A stretch of DNA of 64,000 nt from Phoronis australis (Eukaryota > Animalia > Phoronida). The notes beneath the pieces are model-generated. The model did not search any database. It was not told where the DNA came from and saw nothing but the letters and a program-made list of their open reading frames with translations. A program made the translations under genes and the position numbers. Location of the stretch: the NCBI GenBank assembly GCA_002633005.1, contig NMRA01000083.1, forward strand, positions 198,896 through 262,895, written 5' to 3'. Positions 32,101 to 44,100 of this stretch are shown one piece after another; within the stretch, counting starts at the first letter, position 1; each line of letters begins with the position of its first letter.

Positions 32101-35100
32101 AGCTTCATTAGAAATTACCTGTCTGTCATTTGTGGCAAATACTTATGGAAATGTGGTTATGTCTGTGCTATTACTGTGTATCATGCGACCACACATAATT
32201 CTTACTCATACACACGCCTTGGTGGGCACTCCCACTTGGTGATTCCCAAAAAAGTAAAACCATGCAGTATCATGCAGGTGTTTTGCAAGTATGCCTCTTA
32301 ATATACCAAATGATTCCAATGAGGTGATTGGTCGGTGAGGTTGAATTGTTGAATTGTGGGATAGAATTTACCGTTTCAGTTTTGTAAGCAATGATTTCTC
32401 ATCGCTAGTGTACTGGGTTCACGAACCATCCGTGCTGCTCCGTGATTTGGTTGTGTTTATCCTTATGAGCATTAGGCCACAGACTCTCCTCTTAGTACTT
32501 TGTAAAGTGAAGAATTTCAATTTCAAAGCTTGACCTCGATAACTTGACCTTTACAAATAATTTGAAATGTAGGACATCAACCAAACTTTGTTGAATGGAT
32601 TCAGCTCAGTTTATTATTTTAGATTAGAATTTTATAACTTTCCAAACTTCAGAGATTGAGAAATATTGAACTTGGATAGTATTTGAAAAAATGTGCTTGA
32701 ACCAAAATTCTTGAATGAATAATTTCACTTGTCATTTATAAACAGTTATGCCTTTTTTACATATCTCTCACAGGCTGACTTGTACTCTGGTGCTCTGTTC
32801 ATTGAGCAGTCTCTCCACTGGGATCTCTATCTGTCAGTTATTGTGTTACTGCTGATATCGGCTCTCTTTACTATCTGTGGTAAGTCTCTCTCTCAACTCT
32901 AGTGTTTGAGATTTGCACTTTGCACAGACGTTTGTTTCAAGTACCAGCTTATTAATGAGTTATTGATGGTAATTTGTAATATGGTCACAGCTATCAGTAT
33001 TGCTGTTACTTGGTAAAATAAAATTTGCCAATTGTATTACTCTGTTGTGAAATTTTGTTACTTGTATTGGAGTGACTAAAAATGCGTTATTTGTTATCTG
33101 TGCTTTTCTACAATCGGTGTGTTACAGGTGGGCTGACGGCTGTCATCTGGACTGACTTTATACAAACAGTCATCATGGTCATTGGTGCATTTGTGCTTAT
33201 GATAATCAGTAAGTATGACAGCTTTAGTCAAGGTATAAAGCAGCTCACTGACTGCAGATGGTCTTCAATTTGAACCACGATCTTGAATTTCGGACTTGAT
33301 GCTGAATTATTTCTATGCAACCACTTAAGTATATGTTGTCGCATAATGCTGTCATATATGTTGGTCCTCTCGCTTTCTATTCAGTATCTGTGGCTATATA
33401 TCCTAATCTCATTCTAAGATTTTTGAGAGATTTGGCAAGCCTATCCCTATGAATGTGACAGCAGATGACAAACCTTCAGACAGATCCAATTACCACTGTG
33501 TTTTTTACTTTTTCCTCTATCTTCAGAGTTCCTTGACATATTTTCGTGAAATTTGGCATTAGGTTTATATCATTGAGATGGTTCGTGACACCTTCCCATT
33601 TTTTGGTGAATTTGATGTATTCTATGTCACATAGTGAGTGCTTTTATTATTTTAAATTTGCCTATCTGGCAAACCAGTCAAATGATCATTATGAATATTG
33701 GCACATGTGTTCTGAGAAGAGCATAGCTGATGATGATTTTTGGACTGGTCGAACTACTCTGGCAAATTTGTTTTCTTGATGAATCTTCTTGAATTTGTAA
33801 TGTCTTCTTGTTGACGAGCGTACTACTGAAATTTATTTTGGCACAAATCTGACTACTGTGGAAACCTCTTAAGTGGCAATTTTGGTTTTCTTTTCATTTG
33901 CATGGATATCTAACAAGTTCCTTGTTTAATGTTTACATGAAATTTGTCAAATAAGTTATTGTTACTGAGATGACAACATTTCCCTGGTTTCAGGCACATG
34001 TATCAGTGCTGTATGTGATGCACGTGTATCAGGGCTGTATGTGATGCACGTGTATCGGTGCTGTATGTGATGCACACGTATCGGTGCTGTATGTGATGCA
34101 CGTGTATCAGTGCTGTATGTGATGCACGTGTATCAGTGCTGTATGTGATGCACATGTATCGGTGCTGTATGTGATGCACGTGTATCGGTGCTGTATGTGA
34201 TGCACCTGTATCGGACGGGTGCTGTATGTGATGCACATGGTTGGCGCATATCAACAATATGTGCTGCTCTTGCTTATTCTGAAAATAGGGAAAAGGATGA
34301 TTCTTGTTTTTGTCATTTTGTTGTAATGTGTTAACAGAAAAATTTAACATTTTTAGTGAATACCTTGTACATGTGCACTATTGTTGAAATGTCTTGCATC
34401 CAATTGCAGTTATGACAGTGGGCCTTAAAGATGATCTTATTGTTATTGTATTTAAAATAATTATAATGGGAAATCAATGATAATTTTTAATTTGAGGATT
34501 TTTCGCGCATTGGATTTTTGTTAGAACTAAAATTGCACAATTCCTTTTGAACAGGTTTTGTAAAGGTTGGAGGAGGATTTGAAACGATCGTGGAAAAGTT
34601 TTTCACTGCAGTTCCCAACGTCACTCTCCAAGCTATTCAAGGCTACGAGATTGACAGCAACCTGACTAAATACGTGCGCTGTGGCTTCGTGCCTCAGAAT
34701 TCCATGCATCTGATGAGATCTGCTGATGACTCAAGCCTGCCCTGGCCTGGGGTCATAGTTGGTCTGACCATATCATCCGTATGGTACTGGTGTTCAGATC
34801 AGGTTGGACGGTCGATCGTGTACTTTTTGGCTAGCGCGTGCTAACTGGCTAACACTGTTTATTTATTCCAGCTTCGCTCACTCTTACTTTTTGGTGTTGG
34901 CGTTCTTGTGTATTCACCTTGACTAATGCGTGCTAACAGTCTAACGCTGTCGATTTCTTCCAGCTATGGTCACTGTCACGGTGTGGGGTTGGTGTTCTAC
35001 TATGCGTCTCTTTCCTTGAATTTTTCTTATGTTTAAATTGTCATCATACACACGTAATGACCACCTGTGATGGTGGTGGATGCGCATGACATACATTTAC

Positions 35101-38100
35101 CAGACAGTACAGCTTCACATGCAGTTAAAACTTCTCAAAATTGCATACCGAACCCTCCCATGACTTCTTTGAAAGGCTCAATGAAAATTTGATTATAATG
35201 AAATTCCCAATGCTGTTGGCTTGGGACTGTGGTTAGAGGTAGCTTAGGAAAGGTTTGCCCAAGCTCTTGAAATAACCTCGACCAAGTTTCAAGAAATGTT
35301 GACAGATGTATTTGAGCCAGAGATGCATATTCATGGGAGGTCACTATCAATCTTCATTTTTAGTGCCTGCTTGTGGGTTAGGTATTATGCTTCAGCACAT
35401 TTGCGAAATGGCTTGTGCATCTGATCAGTTACCCGATCAAACACGAGCTGAAAGGAATTCTGACCAATCACGGAAATGCAATAGCATTTATATTTTATCA
35501 AAATTTCCCTGGCCAAGTTCTTGATTTACCTCAAACGTGTTTCAAGAAATGTTGACGGATATATTTGAGCCGGGGATATACCTATTCAAGGGAGGTCACA
35601 ATTGTCATCTAATAACTGCTGCTGGATTAGGGTACTATAATTCATCCAACTGCTGATTGTCTGGTGTGTCTGATCAGGTACCCAATAAACCACAAGCTAG
35701 CTGAAGTGCATTCTGACCAATCACTGCAAGGCAATACAACGTTACGTTTCATTGGGCCACACTAGTGTCCTAATTTTGATCACGGTTCAAAAGCTGTAGC
35801 CACAAGCATGTACTACATGAAATCAAGAACTATTAACACCTCTGTTTATTTCTTGTGTTGTGCCTTTAATTATCACTGCCGTCTTCTCGCACAGGTCTTA
35901 CCAAACTGGGTTCCTTTGAGAATGTCATTTCCAAGTTCTTTGAGGCCATTCCTAGCACAACGTTGTATTCCAATGCCAGTTACAACTACAGCAAATGTGG
36001 CATTCCGCCACCTGATTCCATGCATTTCTTCCGTCCAATTGATGACGGTGACCTGCCCTGGTTTGGTGTAATCTTTGGACTAACCGTTTCTGGTGTTTGG
36101 TACTGGTGTTCTGATCAGGTTTGTTCACTAACCCCGTGCTGTTTTGTGAAAGCTTAAATCATTGTTCGCACTGCCTATAAAAGGTTTAAAGCTTAGAGCC
36201 TTGATCTTGAATAGTCCTTGAATATAATTTTGGCCATTTGAAGCCTTGAATTTCAGCATTTAACCTTGCAGATATTTGAAAGACCTTAATTATAAGCAGA
36301 GTATGCTATTTAAATTTTTATTGCAGTTGCTAAAGGGAATTATTTTTTAAATGACCGGCAGGGTAGATTTTACTGTCCCTGTTTTCTTTCAATAAAGCAA
36401 TTCCTGTTTAGTTCCGTGTTATACAGATAGATGGAGCCGATGTCCCCTACTCTCTGCTTTCACAATTCAGCAGCTCTAATTTTGGTATTGATGAAAATTT
36501 ACCTGCGAGGAACACCATTGAAGGAAGACGTCACAGTTTCACCCTTTTGCATGGTGCTGTTTCTTGTAACGTGATATTCTCAGTCTTGCTTTTGTTTACT
36601 GTGCTTAATATTACTCTGACAGTTTCTTGTTTCTGTAACCAGTGTACATTGATTACTTTCTGGGTTTACGCTAGTCCTGCTCCTGCACTTGCTCTCTGTC
36701 CATTCTCCGTTAACTGTTATCCCAACCAGCACTTCATTACATTAACGTTACTGGGGATTTCTAAAAGGGCCCTCATTTAGGTAAACCCCCCAGATGGTAC
36801 TCTGTAGGATCATTAGGGTCTGTTTCATGTGGAAGCCACATGCAAAATGTCATATTTCGTCATTTTTTGGCTTTAAGATTATATTTCAAGTTGATCGCTT
36901 GTCCACAGAAGCGTTGACTGGCCTCTGCTGTTGTAGCCAAGCTGCTAACAAAGTGGAACCTTCCTCTAGCAATAGAGATATTTTAACATTTAAGTCTCTT
37001 GTTAAAACAAATTCGCCTGTCCCCTGCCAGTTTCTGTGTTTTGCGAAAGAAATTAAAAGTCTGAGACACAGATCTCTTGGAAATTGGCTTTAAAATAAGT
37101 ATGAAAAATTTCGTGAAAGTTTACAAAACTAGAAAAATCAAAAGGTCGAAAAATGTCCAATTGGGATTTTCCAAGACTTGCACATTAGCTGCGTTAACAA
37201 TACATTTAAAGAAATGTTAAAATACCTGAAATTTAACAGTTTAGTTATGGAAGTTGAGCTCTCCAATAGTATTGCACAGATTGTTAAAGTTAACACGTGG
37301 TTCCCTCTATAGGTGATTGTGCAGCGTGCTCTTGCTGCCAAAGACCTGTCCCATGCTAAGGCTGGCACCCTATTGGCTGGATACCTCAAGTTCCTGCCAC
37401 TCTTCCTGCTAGTCATACCTGGCATGATTGCTAGGATCTTGTTTCCAGGTAAGGCATCGTACACATCTGCATCCAACTGTGAATGAAGTTGCAGCTTGTA
37501 CCAATTTACACATTGTGCCTGCTCGTAATAAACAACAATGAACTGCCAGTTCTCAAAGCAGTTAAAATCACTTAGTTGAGTGTAGAACATGTTAGTTAAG
37601 TTTTAGAGTGTTAAGTGGTCGAAATCTGTTGGAAAGGTGAGTTTATATGGCAGGGCTAAAATAATTTTGTAATGACATTGATTTTTATGTTTTGATGATG
37701 AGATTGAATTAAAACTTAATGTTAACCGCTGTGACACTAAAAGCATGTATGGTGTGCATTTTCAAAATGGTGTTCTTAGGTCTGTTCTTCAAAATGATGG
37801 TTATCCTTTACAGACCGTGTGGGTTGTGCAGATCCAGAAATTTGCTTCCAACAGTGCAAAAGCAGGTCAGGATGTACCAACATGGCCTACCCCCTGCTGG
37901 TCATCAAGCTGATGCCAGATGGCGCTAGAGGTCTCATGCTTGCCGTCATGATGGCTGCACTCATGTCTTCCCTCACCTCCATCTTCAACAGTAGCAGCAC
38001 TATTTTCACCATGGATATCTGGAGACGCATCCGCAAGCACGCCTCAGAAGTTGAGCTGATGATTGTGGGAAGGTGCGCTTAATAGTTGCAAAAATGCTAC

Positions 38101-41100
38101 AGCATGGATTGCAAAAATGCTACAGCATGGATTGCAAAAATGCTACAGCATGGATTGCAAAAATGCTACAGCATGGATTGCAAAAATGCTTCAGCATGGA
38201 TTGCAAAAATGCTACAGCATGGATTGCAAAAATGCTTCAGCATGGATTGCAAAAATGCTACAGCATGGATTGCAAAAATGCTACAGCATGGATTGCAAAA
38301 ATGCTTCAGCATGGATTGCAAAACTGCTTCAGCATGGATTTCAAAAGGTCCCACATTCCAACTGCGGTTGAGATGGGAATTTTTTTAGTTTTTAGACACG
38401 AAGTGATGTGACCAACAAGTGGAGGTTGAAGAGGTGCATTGTACTTACGTTCACTGGCTTTGGTCAAATGGTTTACAAGTCTATCGAGAGATGCCAATGA
38501 CGAGCAGCCATTTTGGTCAATCTTGAGTTGTGGACTCCTGACAGTCATTCAGTAGTTACAGGTGTGATTTTGCCTTGAGGCAAGGCTTGAGAATGTGATG
38601 AGATACCGTGGATCTCGAGGGTATTTCAAACCTTATTCACAAAACTTGGACGTTTGTATATATGCCTAGATACCTTATCTTCATTCTCGTGGAACTTCAG
38701 ATGCAAAACGTATACCGTGTAATTAGAAAAGTTTTAGCAGAACCACCTTGGAACTGCACAACCTCGTGGAAATTTTACTACTCATCTGAGGTCAAAGGTT
38801 ACAGGGGTGTCACTGAAATTGAATCTCCCACCACACATAGAGAAGTTCCGTATGTACCCTCAGTCCTTTCATTCACTGAGACACCATATTAGGGAGTCTA
38901 TGAGGTATACATAGGACAGGAAGATGCCAGGGAAAACGAAGACAAAACAGTTTTGGTTCTGAGGGAGTTGTGCGTCTGCACGCATATGACCGTTGAGAAC
39001 GAACGCACCGTGTCCGAGTCTGCCTCTGGAACTTTGTGTTCACGAACACCGCAAGTTATGAAAAGAGTTAAATCCTCACCCAAATTCACTAATTTGATCA
39101 GTAATAACATTTCAATCTCATGCTCACACGCTTTAACTACTGACTGGGTTTGTGTTGTCCATTTCGTACTTGGTTTCCTGGCCCATGGTGTGTATAAAAA
39201 GGAACTGTTGACCTACGTAAAATGAAATTTTGACTTAAAGATGTTGACGTAATGATAGCAATGGCACATCAATATAAAACATATTTTATAATCTCTGGTA
39301 TTTTTTCTTTCAGAAAATATATACTTTTACCAGTTGACAAAGCCTGTTTTCTGACATAATGAGTTAGAATGAAGGTCACTAAATAAGGTTTGAGATAACC
39401 TTAAGAAAGATCTACTTGCCACAAGCTCAAACCATTTATCTTTTGTCCTGGAACTTGAGAGGGTCATTGTCTGCAATAGTCTCTGAATGATTGAAAATAC
39501 ATATCATTTGAGTGAATTGTATGCACTCTCTGTTTTATGAAATCGTTTTTCTGAAGTAAAAACAATTAGCAATTTTGGTAAAGCAAACAACAGCGCAGAT
39601 ATCAAGGGTGTTGCACTGTTTGGTGTTTTCCATGAACCAGAAATTTTGTTAATTCCAGTGGGCTTCTATTAACACAATTGTTTGATTATCTTTTTTGTGT
39701 TATGCTTATCTTGTTTCTCTGCTTTAGCATTTGCTCCACACAACTTGTTCTTATCATCTTGCAGATTGTTTGTGGTTGTTCTTGTTGCCATCAGTGTCGT
39801 ATGGATTCCCATTGTGCAGAATGTTTCCGAACTATTCCACTACATTCAGGCTGTCACTAGCTACCTAGCGCCACCTGTGTGTGCTGTCTATGTGCTAGGT
39901 GTGCTGTGGAAGCGAATTAATGAGAAAGTAAGCTTCTTATAATTAAAATTTGTCAAACTTGATTAAAAATGCAACTGTACTTCTGTTGCACAGCTTCATA
40001 TACACTCACTCACACTCTCTGTATAATTTCTAATAATCTGGACTGCAATTGTAAAGCAAATTGCTAATAGAGATTACAGACATACAAGTTGCAGTAGTAG
40101 CTATATTTCGAGAGCACATGTCTCCTAGTCCTCAGGTAAAATGAACACGTTGGAAGCGAAATATAAGCTGCTATTTTAACTTGTTTGTTTGTAATGCCTG
40201 TTGGCAATTTGCTTTCCAACTGCTCACTGTGAGATTTTGGAAGTTATTCAGGGCTTGGAATTTTCCTCTTTTACGAGGATTCCCTCTTTTTTTGGTTTTG
40301 ATTTCCTCTTATTTGATTTCCAGTTTCCTCTTTTTTGTTTCTTTTTATTATTATCTTGACTTTATTCATGCAAAAACATTTATTTCAGCTAACTTTACAA
40401 CTCAAAAATGTTTCTGTCACACAAGCCTTTTTATTTGTGGAACAATACATCACCTGGAAAAATTTCGTGTTTTTTGTCATTGGTCTTTCCAAGCCGTTTA
40501 TATCAACCTTTGCAACAGAAAGTACAGCCGTGTTTTTAATCAAGTTTGCATAAATGAAGGGCTACTGCCAAATTATTTGTCACTGAATTTGTGGCTGCAA
40601 TTAGGAATTTACTGCTTTGTGGCAAAAGAACTGTATTGAGCACCGCTTTAGCGGTTTGAAAATGATCACCTTTAACGTAAACTGAAATAAGATTGTTGGT
40701 TTTTATTAAGTCAGAAGTAACACCTGGGAGCTCCATCCCGACCACAGTCTAACCATCGCAAATCAGAAGTGTTAATTTGCCTTATTTTTCGACTTGATAT
40801 TTCGTGAGTCATAGGGCAATTAAATCAAAACCGATTCTTGCTATGTTTGGAAGGCAAGGGAAGTTTACTAAGAACCCATACATTTTTGGAATGTAGGTCA
40901 GCAGGGTAAAGGAGCAGATTGTAAAATTGAAGAAATTTTATGTATTCATCATAATTTCACTTAAATTAATTCATGGTTTTATTTCCTCAAGTTTTTCACT
41001 GAACTTAGTCCGTGGTTTTATTACCCAGTGAGCAGACAACTAAAAGTTATGTGTGAGGTATTAGATTTTAGTTACATATTTATGGAGTGGGCATTGCTAA

Positions 41101-44100
41101 TGTAATATCACCTTAGCGTGCCACATCTTGTGCAATATTGAAGTGTTTATTCTGACTAATGCAACCATCAAATCATCAGAAACGTCGATGAATATTCATG
41201 TTAAATAATGTAATTTACAAGTTGAATGAAAAAATTTAAACTATGATCACATTAGTTGTGTTCAGCTAAACAACTGAAACTGCAATGTTTGGCCATTCTT
41301 GTTGAGTGAGTTGTTATGACTCATTTGATCTAAATTTAACTCAACTTAGACTATTAAGTGCCACCACAAGAGTCTTCAAAGCACAGGTTTTAAGTGGTAA
41401 GGATCGTTTATTTGTGAATGATTGCACAGTCACTTACATCACAAGCATTAACTTTGTGTTTGACATGAAAATTGGATATAGCTTTGTCGATAATTAGATG
41501 TTGTACTCTTCAAAATGATTTCTGTATTTTTTTAAATCTCTGTTTTTTAAAAGACCAGTGTAGTGCTGTCCTAGTGACGAGTTCTGTTCACAAAATCCCT
41601 CACATGGTGGTCATATCGCATCATGAGAATTCAGAATTTCTGCAGTTTTTTGCCTAAATAGTGAAGAATTTGTGCAAAAAATAGAAAATATTGAAATTGT
41701 AAGTGCTGACTAATTATCTGCAATTTTTTTACCCGATTACCACAGTGTGATCATTTAAATGGTCAACTGGTTATAATGATGTATGATATGTTAAGCAAAA
41801 AGGCTTTAAAATTCCTTTGAAAAATTGACTGTTTCGGTAAAATCTCAACTACTATGGACAAAAATAATTGCCGTGATTGAGTATTTTTCTTTTTTCCAAT
41901 GATTTCTAAGACTTTTGTCAAGGCATGCCCACATTCTGATTGTAGCTGTGATGGAAAACTTAAAAATGAAATGTTAAAGTATTAATTTGGTGCTAATAAT
42001 CTTTTAAGAAAAAGTGAAGAAACAAAACTTCATTTGTTGCCCCTCTGTATCCTACATTATCAAGATTTTGCAGTGTTGGTTCTATTCACCAGGGGGCGTT
42101 CTGGGGTCTGATGGTTGGTCTGGTGTGTGGCTTGATAAGGTTCATCTGGGAGTATGTCTACCCTGTGTATCCATGCGGTGAAGAGTACCTCGACACCAAG
42201 CCAGACATCATCGGCAAGGTGCACTACTTGCATTTTGGCATCCTGCTCTTTGGCATATCAGCTATTGTTACCATAGTGATCAGCTTGTTGACTCCGCCCA
42301 TTCCAGATAAACACGTAAGTGATTCACTGTCAATGGATTATTAGCTTGGCGTGCTACAAGTCTGAGAAGTAACAAAAGGGTACTTGCATTGCTAGTGGTG
42401 TGGAAACCAATCCGTTTGTGAGTTCATCGTTTGGGTTGTTTTTCATGACCTGACCGCAAAAGAACTTGTACAAACAAGATGTTGAAAATGTTTGGTACTT
42501 CACAAACCAACCGGTGTACCTACTGTGGCGAGGTTCAGACTTTTCAACATTTGATTCACAGCTGCTTGTGGGACTCCCTACACCATTTCGTAAATAAAGT
42601 TAAACTTTTTAATTTGCATATTAAGCCAACTGTATGTCACTTTTTAATTTTGCTTCTTTGGCAAACAAAGTGAAGTCTTCACTAGCTACCTTGTATACTC
42701 GTGTCCGATACTATATTTATACGTCATCAAGACAATGAGTATCAACAATGTTTTAATAATTTATAATCTATATTATTGGATACTGTGAACGTTATGTAGC
42801 CTTGTCATACCAGTGGGTGTTATGTAGCCTTGTCATACCAGTGGCAGTGTTTTTTACCACTTCTTTATCTTATCGTAATATAATTTTACACAAGTAATTT
42901 AAGTTATGCCTAAGTTTTTGATGTAGATTAGCCTATGTAAAAGTAAATATATGTACTTTGTTATTCTATTTGAAAGAGCGCAAGAGTGAATGAGTGCATG
43001 AAAATACTCCTCCTTTCTGTTATGTCTCTTTTACAATAATCTACTGTTAATTTCATTTCCCTGCACTATGGGTTCCATTCGGAATAATTATTAGATTAGC
43101 ATGATGCATTGTTATTCATAGAGTAGGGACATGTAGCTGGAGGTTTATGAAAAGTATCTGACCGCAATATCTCGGGCATTGTACCTGAAAAGTCTCACTG
43201 CTTTAACTGCTGTAACAAGTCATGCCCAAAACAAGGTTCATGCACGTGTCCACAGTTGACGGACATAAAACTGCTTTCCAATAGAAATGACGAGCATACT
43301 ATTCAGTCATGTGACCTGCAACAATGTACACTCATTGATGTTAACATTAGCTCTAATGCTGCAAATGTTTTCAGTTGCACCGGTTGACTTTCTGGAGTCG
43401 CCACAGCAGTGCGGAGCGCACGGATATCTCTGAAGCTGAAAACATAGAAATGAGCTCAGCAGGTGGAATAGATAACGTAGCAGCAGAGAGTGACGTGAAG
43501 ATGACGGACAAGGACGATGCTACTAACCTTGAAATCAAAGGTGGGTAGGACATGTGAAAGTATGATAAAAAATTTTCAGTTTGGGACAGTCTCTGAAACT
43601 CATCATGCCAAACTTTAAACCAAAATTGAATTTTCGTGGTTTTGAAGATTGGCATGTAGATGATTTTGGAATTCATTGCATTTCTCATATAATTGAACGC
43701 TGCTTTTTGTATAAACAAGTTCACTCTGAAAATAGACTTATCAGTTCATAAAATGGTAAAAATATAGCTGCCTAAGCAATGCCTCCCCATAGTGGGTTCT
43801 AGGTGAATGACCATTTGTCGTTATTCATAATTCTTGAATTTGGGACGGCCAATGTTGCCTATGTCTAAAATATGGTAGAATCTCCAACCTCAAGCAAAAT
43901 AATTAATGTTTCACTGTCCTAAACTGGAGAATGTTTTCCGTAGATAAACTGGATTAAACAAGCAGTGAGCATTGATTATAGTGGTCCCCTCCAGTTATTG
44001 TTTGTGTCCAGGAATTCCTTCGTCACAATTTATGTGTTTAGAAATGTGGTCTGATGAAAGCTGCAGGACCCTCAGGATCATGTGAGCCAAGAGGATCACA

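Noticed and set aside
34555-36118. Exons 8a and 8b as consecutive constitutive exons, or as a haplotype mis-assembly
   Set aside because: Joining them shifts the frame and duplicates a helix; the copies and their flanks are far too divergent to be alleles.
11506-38340. The 19-, 23- and 26-bp repeat arrays as possible CRISPR arrays
   Set aside because: Head-to-tail units with no unique spacers, no cas genes and a eukaryotic context.
38063-38411. Overlapping repetitive ORFs ([23 protein letters not shown]...)
   Set aside because: Translations of the 23-bp intronic minisatellite, open in several frames.
40181-40639. 152-aa hydrophobic ORF
   Set aside because: Overlaps a T-rich MITE that is also present at 45848; low-complexity translation.
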